44,328 nt of DNA, from NCBI GenBank assembly GCA_964472375.1, contig CAYYLE010000004.1, positions 8,443-52,770 on the forward strand, written 5' to 3'. The notes under the pieces are model-generated. The model worked only from the letters and a program-made list of their open reading frames with translations. It did no database searches and was not told the origin of the DNA. The position numbers and the translations under genes were made by a program. Of this stretch, positions 1-9,710 are shown in pieces (position 1 is the stretch's first letter; every line of letters starts with the position of its first letter). This DNA is from an uncultured Rickettsiales bacterium (GTDB lineage Bacteria; Pseudomonadota; Alphaproteobacteria; WRAU01; CAYYLE01).

Positions 1-12
1 TAAAACTTAAGC

Positions 13-1059
<1,047 letters not shown>

Positions 1060-1111
1060 TTAAAAGCAATGAAACGCAGGCTCTTTTTGTAATTTTAGTA
1101 TAGGGCTGTTG

Positions 1112-1363
1112 TTAAGCAACAACGATATCTACTAATTTGCGACCTTTGCAGTTTCTGAACTTAACAGCACCGCCTTCAAGAGCAAATAAAGTGTGGTCTT
1201 TACCCATTCCAACATTTTCACCAGGGTAAAATTTTGTACCTCTTTGGCGTACAATAATGTTACCAGGAATAACTTGTTGACCAGCGTATCTTTTAATTCC
1301 AAGTCTACGACCAATCGAATCGCGTCCGTTACGAGAACTACCACCAGCTTTTTTATGAGCCAT
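1112..1363 (-). CDS. rpmA: 50S ribosomal protein L27
   Basis: [16 protein letters not shown]...[10 protein letters not shown] signature. Confidence 0.99.
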   Translation of the reverse strand: MAHKKAGGSSRNGRDSIGRRLGIKRYAGQQVIPGNIIVRQRGTKFYPGENVGMGKDHTLFALEGGAVKFRNCKGRKLVDIVVA

Positions 1364-1388
1364 TGTCTAAACCTCTATATTTTGTTAT

Positions 1389-1694
1389 TTACAGTTCTAA
1401 AATTTTAATTTTTGTAATATCTTGACGGTGCCCATTTTTTCTTCTATGGTTTTTGCGTCTTTTCTTTTTAAATATAAGAACTTTTTTGTCTCTTAAATGC
1501 TCTAAAACTTCAGCTTTTACAACCTTACCTTTAAGGTCATCAGCCTTTACTATTGTGTTTGTGCCATCGTTATAGCATAAAACACTGTCTAATTCTAAAG
1601 TTGAGCCAACTTCTTTGTTAACTCTGTCAATAAGTAATACGCCGTTTTTTTCAACATTATATTGACGAGCACCAATTTTAACTACTGCAAACAT
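1389..1694 (-). CDS. rplU: 50S ribosomal protein L21
   Basis: MFAVVKIGARQY...FKKKRRKNHRRKNGHRQ; directly upstream of rpmA. Confidence 0.98.
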   Translation of the reverse strand: MFAVVKIGARQYNVEKNGVLLIDRVNKEVGSTLELDSVLCYNDGTNTIVKADDLKGKVVKAEVLEHLRDKKVLIFKKKRRKNHRRKNGHRQDITKIKILEL

Positions 1695-1759
1695 CTTCTT
1701 TCATTCCTTTTTAGTATATTAAAGCCTTTTTTATAAAAGACAATAAACCACAACCAACA

Positions 1760-1788
1760 ATAATACAGCATTAGTGTGGTTTTGTCAA
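1760..1788 (-). promoter_or_regulatory. sigma70-type promoter of rplU-rpmA-obgE
   Basis: Minus strand reads TTGACA (1788-1783), 17 nt, TATTAT (1765-1760), about 65 nt upstream of the rplU ATG. Confidence 0.75.
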
Positions 1789-1817
1789 GACAAAAAAGCT
1801 TTTGTATATAAGTAAAA

Positions 1818-2765
1818 CTACTTAACAGTAACAGATTGTTCGGCTACTGTGTTTAGGTCTTTGTCTCTTATGTTAATGCTTAAATCTTTTAAATAGCTAG
1901 GCATAATAGGTTGTTTATCTCCTTTTATTATATAGCTACCTTTTAGCATTTCTTCTGTTATACCTTCTGTTCCTTCAATATTACTATAACTTAGGTCAAC
2001 ATTTTTAAAAACTGCTTCATTAAATTTTGTATTTCTTGAAAACTTAGTGTAATTAAAGGCACTGTCTTGAATTTTAGAGCTACTAAAGTTACTATTATCA
2101 ATAGTTGAGCCTTTTAATATTGTTTTAACAAAAACAGAACCTGTAAAGTTAACATTTTTCATTTGGCTAACGCCCATATTAACGGTGCTAAAGTTTGATT
2201 GTGTAAATAAAACTTGCTCTAGTTTACTATTATTAAATGTTGTTTTATTAAAAGTAGAGCCTGTAAAGTTTATTTTTTTAAGCCTTGCACCATTAAAAAA
2301 CACATTTTCAAAGTTAGAGTTTGCAAAGTTTACATTCTCAAAATTTGCGTTGCTAAAGTCAATGTATCTTAGGTTTATGTTAGATAGGTCAATATTAGAT
2401 ATTTTTTTATCTATAAAAAAAGTAAAGTTATTGTTCTTTTCTTGTTTAATTTCTTTATCTGTTCTTGTGCTAAGGAATCTTAAAGATTCTGTAAACACTA
2501 AAGGGTCTCTTGTAGATTGAATTGTTTTTTCTAAAAGACGCAAAGAAAGTATATAGTACCTACCATTTTCTTTTTGTGATATTGTGCGAAGTGTTTTAAC
2601 AGCTTGTATTTTTTCATCGGTTGTAGATTTACCAGAAAGTGCTTGATAAATATTATTAAACTCTTCATTGTAAGGAGGTATTTGGCTTTTAATATTGCCT
2701 TGGTTGGCGTTTAAAACAAAAGATAAAACAGCAAAAGCAAAAGTGAGTATTATTTTTTTCAACAT
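1818..2765 (-). CDS. exported pentapeptide-repeat protein
   Basis: Signal peptide MLKKIILTFAFAVLSFVLNA, then a helical N-domain, then many xxFxx/xxLxx pentapeptides (ANFEN VNFAN SNFEN VFFNG ARLKK INFTG STFNK...). Confidence 0.9.
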   Translation of the reverse strand: MLKKIILTFAFAVLSFVLNANQGNIKSQIPPYNEEFNNIYQALSGKSTTDEKIQAVKTLRTISQKENGRYYILSLRLLEKTIQSTRDPLVFTESLRFLSTRTDKEIKQEKNNNFTFFIDKKISNIDLSNINLRYIDFSNANFENVNFANSNFENVFFNGARLKKINFTGSTFNKTTFNNSKLEQVLFTQSNFSTVNMGVSQMKNVNFTGSVFVKTILKGSTIDNSNFSSSKIQDSAFNYTKFSRNTKFNEAVFKNVDLSYSNIEGTEGITEEMLKGSYIIKGDKQPIMPSYLKDLSINIRDKDLNTVAEQSVTVK

Positions 2766-2881
2766 TTTTATATTTTCTCTAATAATTTTTATTTACATAA
2801 ATAGGATTTATGTAATTAAGTTTTACTAGATTCTAGTTTTATAAAGTTAAATAATACTTAATTTATGTATAGTTTTTATTG

Positions 2882-4264
2882 CTATATCATATTTTTTGGG
2901 TCTAGGATTTTTTCTAGCTCTTCTTTGCTTAGGTCTGTTTCTTCTATTGCAAGCTCTAAAATACTTTTGTTTTCAAGCATTGCTCTTTTTGTAATTTTAG
3001 ATGATTTTTTATATCCAATCACAGCATTAAGGGCGGTGGCTAAAGAAAGATTAAGTTTTATACTTTCATCACAATGCTCTTTATTTACTTTTAAACCAAC
3101 AATTGCCTTTTCGTTAAGGGTTTTGCAAGCATTAGCAAGAAGCTTAAGGGATTTTAAAATATTAAAAACCATAACAGGTTCATAGGCATTAAGCTCAAGC
3201 TGACCGTTCTGTATACATAAAGAAACAGTAACATCAGAGCCTATAACTTCAAAACAAGCTTGGTTTACAACTTCAGGGATAACAGGGTTAATTTTACCTG
3301 GCATAATAGAGCTACCTGGTTGTGTTTTAGGTAATACAATTTCATTTAGCCCATTTTTAGGACCAGAAGATAATAGTATTAAATCCGAGCTAAGCTTTGA
3401 AAGCTTTAATGCAACAATTTTTAAAGCAGAAGAGAAAGACCCAAAGCACGATGCGTCTTGTGTTGCTGCAATAAGGTTTGAAGATATACTAAAGCTTTGG
3501 TCAAGCTCTTGTTTTAGGTGTTTTTCAGCTACTTTATCAAAATCTTTTTTAGCACCAATAGAAGTGCCTATTGCTGTTGCACCTAGGTTTAGCTTTTTAA
3601 TAAAAGTTAAACTATTTTGCAAAATAGTTATAGCGTCTTCTATTTGGTGAGCATAGCTTTTAAAAGATTGTTCAAAACTCATAGGCACAGCATCTTGCAT
3701 TTGGGTGCGACCTGTTTTAATCACGTCTTTAAATTCATTTGCTTTTGTTATTAAAGAATCTTTTAAGCTTTCTAGTTCTTCAATTAAAAATGGTGTTTGG
3801 TAAAAAATTGCTACCTTGCAAGAAGATGGGTAAGCATCGTTTGTTGATTGGCTAAGGTTTACATGGTCATTAGGGCTTACAATCTCATAGCTACCTTTTT
3901 TATGACCTAATTTTTCAAGTGCAATATTTGCAATAACTTCATTAAAGTTCATATTGCTAGATGTGCCTGCACCGCCTTGTATACAATCTACTATAAATTC
4001 TTGGTTGTATTTTTCTGCAAAGATATCATCACAGGCAGATATTATAGCGTTGCCTTTTTCTTTACTTAGTGATTTTTGCTCTATATTTGCTAAAGCACAT
4101 ATTTTTTTTATTTTTGCAAAAGCCTTAATAAAACTACTGAAACTATTTATTGGTTGGTTTGTTATAGAAAAGTTTTCTAACGCTCTTTGGGTTTGAACAC
4201 CATAATACTTACTATCATCTATTTCTTTTTTACCTATTAAGTCTTCTTCTATTCTAGTTTTCAT
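2882..4264 (-). CDS. aspA: aspartate ammonia-lyase (aspartase)
   Basis: RIEEDLIG, YYGVQTQRALENF, QGGAGTSSNMN, SQSTNDAYP, KTGRTQMQDAVP and the GSSIMPGKINP fumarase/aspartase signature. GGAGTS and NPVIPE favour aspartase over FumC. Confidence 0.92.
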   Translation of the reverse strand: MKTRIEEDLIGKKEIDDSKYYGVQTQRALENFSITNQPINSFSSFIKAFAKIKKICALANIEQKSLSKEKGNAIISACDDIFAEKYNQEFIVDCIQGGAGTSSNMNFNEVIANIALEKLGHKKGSYEIVSPNDHVNLSQSTNDAYPSSCKVAIFYQTPFLIEELESLKDSLITKANEFKDVIKTGRTQMQDAVPMSFEQSFKSYAHQIEDAITILQNSLTFIKKLNLGATAIGTSIGAKKDFDKVAEKHLKQELDQSFSISSNLIAATQDASCFGSFSSALKIVALKLSKLSSDLILLSSGPKNGLNEIVLPKTQPGSSIMPGKINPVIPEVVNQACFEVIGSDVTVSLCIQNGQLELNAYEPVMVFNILKSLKLLANACKTLNEKAIVGLKVNKEHCDESIKLNLSLATALNAVIGYKKSSKITKRAMLENKSILELAIEETDLSKEELEKILDPKNMI

Positions 4265-4302
4265 AAGCTTTAAAAAAATTCTATATTTAGTTGTTTAAAA
4301 AT

Positions 4303-4358
4303 AAAAAAAACTTAGCACAATAAAACCTTGCCTTAGCAAAGAATTTGTACTAAGTTTT
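4303..4358 (-). terminator. long hairpin plus U-tract; intrinsic terminator after the lipoprotein pair
   Basis: Minus strand: AAAACTTAGTACAA...CTTTGC TAAG GCAAGG...TTGTGCTAAGTTTT followed by TTTT. Confidence 0.6.
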
Positions 4359-4383
4359 AAACAAAATAGGCTTACAAAAAAAC

Positions 4384-4716
4384 CTATAAAGAAGTAGCCA
4401 TAGCTAACTTAACTTCTTCAATAGAAACATTGTAACCGTTGTCTGCTAATACTTTTTGAATAGAAGCAGCATCCATGTTGTCTATTTTAACAGCAGCACC
4501 TCTTGGTAAAAATAAAGTACCATTGTAATAGTCTACTGCAAAAGCAACAACACCAGGAATAATGCCGAATAATAAACCAACAGCATTTAACACAGCAATT
4601 TTTGTGTCTATTTTTGAAGAGTGTCTTTTACCAACTTGGTTTGGTTTTAAAAGTGTACCACAAGCTGAAACAACAAAAATAGCCAATGCTAAAAAAACAG
4701 CAAAAAACTTTTTCAT
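4384..4716 (-). CDS. small lipoprotein of unknown function (paralog B)
   Basis: Likely start is ATG at 4716 (MKKFFAVFLALAIFVVSA-C), with AAGGA RBS and lipobox VSA-C. The ORF-track start at 4839 lies inside a predicted promoter. Confidence 0.85.
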   Translation of the reverse strand: MKKFFAVFLALAIFVVSACGTLLKPNQVGKRHSSKIDTKIAVLNAVGLLFGIIPGVVAFAVDYYNGTLFLPRGAAVKIDNMDAASIQKVLADNGYNVSIEEVKLAMATSL

Positions 4717-4810
4717 ATTAATAATCCTTATAAAATAAATTGATTTTATGTAAAATAATAAAAGCATTAAGAAAGGGCTTTTGTAACAAAAAACCCTTTC
4801 CATGCAAGAC

Positions 4811-4839
4811 ATTATACTATGATTATTGCATTTTTGCAA
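4811..4839 (-). promoter_or_regulatory. sigma70-type promoter of lipoprotein B
   Basis: Minus strand TTGCAA (4839-4834), 17 nt, TATAAT (4816-4811). Confidence 0.6.
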
Positions 4840-4859
4840 GAGGATGAAAGAATTATTAA

Positions 4860-5285
4860 TTAACCAAACAGGTTGCCATCAACATCTTCCATATCTTCAA
4901 TGTTGTCAAATTCATCTTCAGGATTTGCTTGTTCGGTTACACCCATTTCTTCTCTTTGTTTTTCAAGCTCTTTTTGTTTTAGTGCTTCTTCTTCTTTTAA
5001 GATTCTTTCTTGTTTTCTTGCAAGAGCTTTATTTTCAGGGGTGTTTTCATAAAGCAAAACTTCATTTGTTGGCAAGAATAATGTTTTGTTATACATATCA
5101 ACCATAAAAGCAACAAAAGTTACAGGAGGAAAGATAAAAATAGTTGCTGTGTTTAATAAAACAATTGATAAATCAAGCTTTTTAGCAGGTAAATGCTGAC
5201 CTTTGCGTTCAGGGTGCATAATTGTACCGCACGAAGTTAAGAATAAAACTAGTAATAAAGCTAAAATACGATACTTTTTTAACAT
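4860..5285 (-). CDS. small lipoprotein of unknown function (paralog A, charged/acidic tail)
   Basis: MLKKYRILALLLVLFLTS-C lipobox. Shares CGT..P, D..I..LN and AF.VD.YN.TLFLP with the neighbouring gene. Confidence 0.85.
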   Translation of the reverse strand: MLKKYRILALLLVLFLTSCGTIMHPERKGQHLPAKKLDLSIVLLNTATIFIFPPVTFVAFMVDMYNKTLFLPTNEVLLYENTPENKALARKQERILKEEEALKQKELEKQREEMGVTEQANPEDEFDNIEDMEDVDGNLFG

Positions 5286-5350
5286 ATTGTGAAATGTCTA
5301 ACCATATAAAATTGTTTGTTTTTATATAAATATTACATTAAGTAAAGTCC

Positions 5351-5373
5351 ATATACTAAAAATTTTAGTATAT
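5351..5373. promoter_or_regulatory. perfect 11-1-11 palindrome, candidate operator in the divergent lipoprotein/guaC spacer
   Basis: ATATACTAAAA-A-TTTTAGTATAT. Confidence 0.4.
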
Positions 5374-5501
5374 TTCTTCTATGTTTTGCAATGTTTTACT
5401 GCAAAGCTTGTAAAAAAATAGTAAAATCCTACTGCATGCTTTTTATTTTCATGCTTTTAATGTTTGTTTAATTTTTAAAATCCCAAAGGTAAATAGCTAT
5501 T

Positions 5502-6542
5502 ATGTTTTTTAATGTTAGTGATATTAAGCTTGATTATTCAGATGTGCTAATGGTTCCTAAAAGGTCTTTTTTAACTTCACGAAAAGAAGTAAACCTAGAA
5601 AGAAACTTTACATTTAAGTACTCTAACCTAAAGTTAGATGCCCTTCCTGTAATTGCTGCTAATATGGATGGCGTTGGTACTTTTTCTATGGCAATGGTTT
5701 TGCAAAAACACAAAATTTTCACTGCAATAGTAAAGCACTATTCAGTAAAAGATTGGGAAAGTGCAATAGAAAATGGCTTAGATTTAGACTATGCAATTTT
5801 ATCTGTTGGTATTTTACAGCACGATTTAGAAAAGCTAGATGCGATAATAAGCATGGCTAAAGAAAAAGGCAAAGAGATTAGAATTGTATGCCTAGATGTT
5901 GCAAACGGCTATACAGAAAAATTTGCCCAAACAGTAGAGCATGTAAGAAAAGAACACCCTAATCTTGTAATAATAGCAGGCAATGTAGTAACAAGTGATA
6001 TAACTTGCGAGCTTATTATGAGAGGTGCAGATATTGTTAAAGTTGGCATAGGTCCTGGTTCTGTTTGTACTACAAGAATTAAAACAGGGATAGGTTACCC
6101 ACAATTTTCTGCAGTTGCAGAATGTGCAAGGGCAGCGCACGAAGCAGGTGGGCATGTTGTTGCAGACGGTGGCTGTGTTTACCCTGGCGATGTTGCAAAA
6201 GCAATAGGCGTAGGTGGTGATTTTGTAATGTTAGGCGGTATGCTTGCAGGACATGAAGAAGGTGAAAAAGATATCAATAAAGAAGGCTTGGTTGATTTTT
6301 ATGGTATGTCTTCAAAAGCTGCTATTGAAAGACACCACGGTGCTTTAGATAGTTATAGAGCATCTGAAGGTAGAGAAGTTGTAATTAGAGCCAAAGGCAA
6401 AGTAGATGATACTTTGCAAGATATTTTAGGTGGGTTAAGAAGTGCTTGCACTTATGTAGGTGCAAAAAAAATAAAAGACTTGCCAAAATGTGCAACTTTT
6501 ATAAGAGTAAACAGAACGCACAACCAAGTTTTTGAGCGTTAA
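5502..6542 (+). CDS. guaC: GMP reductase (long type-1, E. coli-like)
   Basis: KLDYSDVLMVPKRS, IAANMDGVG, CLDVANGY, KVGIGPGSVCTTR (catalytic Cys), FYGMSS, YRASEGR. No CBS domains. Confidence 0.96.
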   Translation: MFFNVSDIKLDYSDVLMVPKRSFLTSRKEVNLERNFTFKYSNLKLDALPVIAANMDGVGTFSMAMVLQKHKIFTAIVKHYSVKDWESAIENGLDLDYAILSVGILQHDLEKLDAIISMAKEKGKEIRIVCLDVANGYTEKFAQTVEHVRKEHPNLVIIAGNVVTSDITCELIMRGADIVKVGIGPGSVCTTRIKTGIGYPQFSAVAECARAAHEAGGHVVADGGCVYPGDVAKAIGVGGDFVMLGGMLAGHEEGEKDINKEGLVDFYGMSSKAAIERHHGALDSYRASEGREVVIRAKGKVDDTLQDILGGLRSACTYVGAKKIKDLPKCATFIRVNRTHNQVFER

Positions 6543-6548
6543 AAAAAC

Positions 6549-6581
6549 AAAGAGCTGGTTTGATTAAAAAATTAGCTCTTT
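6549..6581. terminator. hairpin between convergent guaC and surA (probably bidirectional)
   Basis: AAAGAGCT...AGCTCTTT stem flanked by an A-run on the left and T-rich sequence on the right. Confidence 0.65.
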
Positions 6582-6586
6582 ATCTT

Positions 6587-7555
6587 TTATCTAATTTCTA
6601 TTGTAGATTTATCTTTTAGTGATTTTATATACTCGGCAATATAAAGTTCGGCTTTTTGTATGTAAAGGCTTTGTCTTGCAGAATTTTCTATATATCTTTT
6701 AACAGATGCATCGCTTGGGTTGTAAGATATTTCTGTTTTTTCATCTTTTACCAAAAACACCGAATAGCCATTTTGCACCCTAATAGGTTTTGTTATTTGA
6801 CCTTTTTTTAAGCTTTTAATTTGTTCTATTTGCTCACTAGTAAGCTGTGTAGCAGGCACCCAGCCTATATTTCCTCCATCTTTTGCACTAATGCTTTCAG
6901 AGTGCTTTCTTGCAAGCTCTGTAAAATTATCTTTGTTTAGCTTGCTGTATATTTGGTTAATTTTATTAAAGCTTTCTTGTCTAGAATCTGATGTGCTATT
7001 TATAAAAATTTCAGATAATAAAAAAGCAGGCACACCATTTAAGCCTGATATCTTGCTAACTTCTCTTCTTAGTTCTTCATCTGTTATTGTAACATTATTA
7101 CTTACAAGGTATTGTATTAGGGTTTCTTTTATCATGCTTATTTGCAAGTAGTTTAGTAAAAAATTTTCATCTATTTTTTTATCTTGCTTCATAGAAGATA
7201 TAGAAACACCTTTTTTCTCTAAGTTTTCTATATATTGGTTTATTTGCTCTAAAGAGCTTGAGTTATTTGCATTAATACCAAAGTTCACAGCTTCTTGGTT
7301 TAGTAATATATTTTCTATTTCTTTTTCAATAATTTCTTTGGTGCTAAATTTTTGGTCAGGAAAAATATAGGTGTAAATACTTTTGTATTGTTCTATGTCA
7401 TAAGAAGATATGATATCTTTACTATTTATGGTAGCTACTATTTTTGTTACTTTTTCTGCTTTTAGGTTTAGTGCAATTAAACTAAAAATAAGTGTAAAAA
7501 TAACTAATGTTGTATTTTTAATATCTAAAAATTTTATTTTCAAAACTCTCTCCAT
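6587..7555 (-). CDS. surA: SurA-like periplasmic chaperone / parvulin PPIase
   Basis: Signal peptide, KIVATINSKDIISSYD N-domain, one parvulin domain (FTELARKHSESISAKDGGNIGW). Follows lptD. Confidence 0.88.
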   Translation of the reverse strand: MERVLKIKFLDIKNTTLVIFTLIFSLIALNLKAEKVTKIVATINSKDIISSYDIEQYKSIYTYIFPDQKFSTKEIIEKEIENILLNQEAVNFGINANNSSSLEQINQYIENLEKKGVSISSMKQDKKIDENFLLNYLQISMIKETLIQYLVSNNVTITDEELRREVSKISGLNGVPAFLLSEIFINSTSDSRQESFNKINQIYSKLNKDNFTELARKHSESISAKDGGNIGWVPATQLTSEQIEQIKSLKKGQITKPIRVQNGYSVFLVKDEKTEISYNPSDASVKRYIENSARQSLYIQKAELYIAEYIKSLKDKSTIEIR

Positions 7556-9710
7556 TAGATTTTAGCTGACCTATTCCTTTCAACTCTACAAATATAGATG
7601 CAGACAAATCAAGCTTTTCTTCACCAATATCGTAGTTTTTTACCCCTAGTATCGCACCAATTGTAAGGCAACTATTTTTCCATAGTACACCAAATTCAAT
7701 TTCTTTTAAAAAAGTTTTGTCATACTCATTGTTGTTTAAATAGTCAATACCTATAAGGCTAGATGTATAAAGGTTTATATTTTCAGTTGCTTTAAGATTT
7801 ATAGCAGAAAATATCTCATCATTTCTGTTTATATCAACATCTTCTAAACCTAAAATGTAAATAAGCTCTAGGCTAACAATATTATTATAAACTTTGGTTG
7901 ATAGATAATTTTCGGTAAATTTATTTGTTTGTATCTCGTAACTGCTTTGGTAATAAAGCTGTAAATGGTCATAAGCATTAAAACTTAAAGAGCTTAAAGT
8001 ATAGTCATAAATTTGGTTATTACCCGACAAGCTTTGTGAAAAACCAGTAAAAAAACTACCGTTGTATTGCGAGTTTGTTATTTTGCCGTTAAGTCCATAG
8101 CTTATTGATTTTTGTTCTGAAAAGCTATCCCAAGTGTAAAAATATCTATTAGAAAACAATGAATCTAAAGTTTTTGACTTTAACTCACTGCTCCAATTAG
8201 AGCCAGAGTTAGCTATAAAATCACTTGAAAATACACCTAAAACAGGTCCAACAGATACAAAACCATCTTTATAAGGTTTGCTAAAAGGCATTTCCCAGCT
8301 TAGAGAAGATGTAGAGCCTACATAATAATCTTGGGTAGATTTTTCACCTTCTGTTTTTATAGCACTATTTGCAGAACGCACACCTAAAGATGCATTAAAA
8401 ATACCTGCTTTGGTGATTACAGATTTTGTATAATCAAGCCTATTTCCTACAATTCCTTGTTCGGTGTTGTAGTCTTTTTTGTCTATGTAGTAAATATCCG
8501 AGCGACCACTTATGTTGCCGTAGTTTTTTAGGTCAAGAAAGTATAAAGATTGCAATGAAGGGTCTTTGGTTGTTTCATCGGTTTTGACATTGTAAGAGCT
8601 AGAGCCATTTAACGAAACATAAACTTTTTCTGTTATTGCTTCAACTTTTAAATAGCTGTTAGAAAACTTTTCTTCAGTTGCTATAACATCAGTTAGGTCG
8701 TATTCTCTAGCAAATTTATTTTCACTAAGGTAAGAAATATTAGCTTCTGTTCTAAAAATATCATTAATAGGGTGTTTTATATTACCTACAAAGTAAGATT
8801 TATTATCACCTAATCTTTCATCTATAAAGCCAGCAATCACCTTAAATTCACCATCTTTAATATAACCGTAATGGTCGTATTGTATAAGGTTAGTAAGGTT
8901 AGAAGTATCTACAAGATTGCTAAAATCATCATAGTTTATTTTGCTATATATTTGGTGTTTTATGTAAATGTTTTGAGTGTCACTTAAGTTAAGAAAAAAG
9001 TTGTTTTGTACATAAGAAGACCCATTACTAGAGCCAACTTCAGGAATCAGAAAACCGCTTTTTCTTTTATTTTGTTGACCCGAGTAGCTTAAATAAGGAA
9101 TCCAAGCAACAGGAAACCCTTTCATTGCTATAATAGCACCGTATACAGTGATTTTGTTTTGCTCTTGGTCGTATTGCATTTGCCCTGCTTTTAGTTCCCA
9201 TAGTGGGGCAATGTTGTTTTCAATAGGGCAGCTTGTAAAAGAAGGTTTGCTTATTTTTACCTGATTGTCTTTTCTTTCAAAATGTTCTCCTGTAACAACG
9301 GCTTTACTTAAAAGAATAGTTCCTATGTTTGCACCAATAATATGAGAAGCAGAGCCTATTAAAGATGCTTCATCTAACAAAACCTCTTGGTTTGTTTGTG
9401 CGTCTAGTACGTGCACATTGCCTTGCAGAAATAGGGTTTTTGTTTCTTTATCGTAATAAAGGCTATCAGCTTTAATAACAGTGCCTTCTTGCGATATTTT
9501 AACATTACCATGGGCTGCAATTATACCTGATTCATATATATATTCGGTTTTGTCAGCACTAAAGTTTATTTCTTGTTGCCCTGCTATGGTATTGTCAAGG
9601 TTTATAGTTTCGCTTGTTTTAGCTTTTAAAAAAGCAGGGAAAAGTAGGGTTAAAAATAGTAGATTAGTAAAAAGAAGTTGCTTAAGTTTAAGAAAATGAT
9701 TAATAACCAT
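7518..9710 (-). CDS. lptD: LPS-assembly outer-membrane protein LptD
   Basis: OstA-like N-domain (FSADK..AHGNVKISQ..IKADSLYYD), FTSCP, PLWELKA, RKSGFLIP, beta-barrel C-terminus (WKNSC..VELKGIG). Located between lptG and surA. Confidence 0.9.
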   Translation of the reverse strand: MVINHFLKLKQLLFTNLLFLTLLFPAFLKAKTSETINLDNTIAGQQEINFSADKTEYIYESGIIAAHGNVKISQEGTVIKADSLYYDKETKTLFLQGNVHVLDAQTNQEVLLDEASLIGSASHIIGANIGTILLSKAVVTGEHFERKDNQVKISKPSFTSCPIENNIAPLWELKAGQMQYDQEQNKITVYGAIIAMKGFPVAWIPYLSYSGQQNKRKSGFLIPEVGSSNGSSYVQNNFFLNLSDTQNIYIKHQIYSKINYDDFSNLVDTSNLTNLIQYDHYGYIKDGEFKVIAGFIDERLGDNKSYFVGNIKHPINDIFRTEANISYLSENKFAREYDLTDVIATEEKFSNSYLKVEAITEKVYVSLNGSSSYNVKTDETTKDPSLQSLYFLDLKNYGNISGRSDIYYIDKKDYNTEQGIVGNRLDYTKSVITKAGIFNASLGVRSANSAIKTEGEKSTQDYYVGSTSSLSWEMPFSKPYKDGFVSVGPVLGVFSSDFIANSGSNWSSELKSKTLDSLFSNRYFYTWDSFSEQKSISYGLNGKITNSQYNGSFFTGFSQSLSGNNQIYDYTLSSLSFNAYDHLQLYYQSSYEIQTNKFTENYLSTKVYNNIVSLELIYILGLEDVDINRNDEIFSAINLKATENINLYTSSLIGIDYLNNNEYDKTFLKEIEFGVLWKNSCLTIGAILGVKNYDIGEEKLDLSASIFVELKGIGQLKSNGESFENKIFRY

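Noticed and set aside
1091-1719. TTTTAGTATA half-sites upstream of obgE and rplU matching the 5351 palindrome
   Set aside because: Half-sites only; likely by chance at this AT content.
4717-4839. 41-aa N-terminal extension of lipoprotein B in the ORF track
   Set aside because: It begins inside a TTGCAA-17-TATAAT promoter; the RBS and a proper signal peptide start at ATG 4716.
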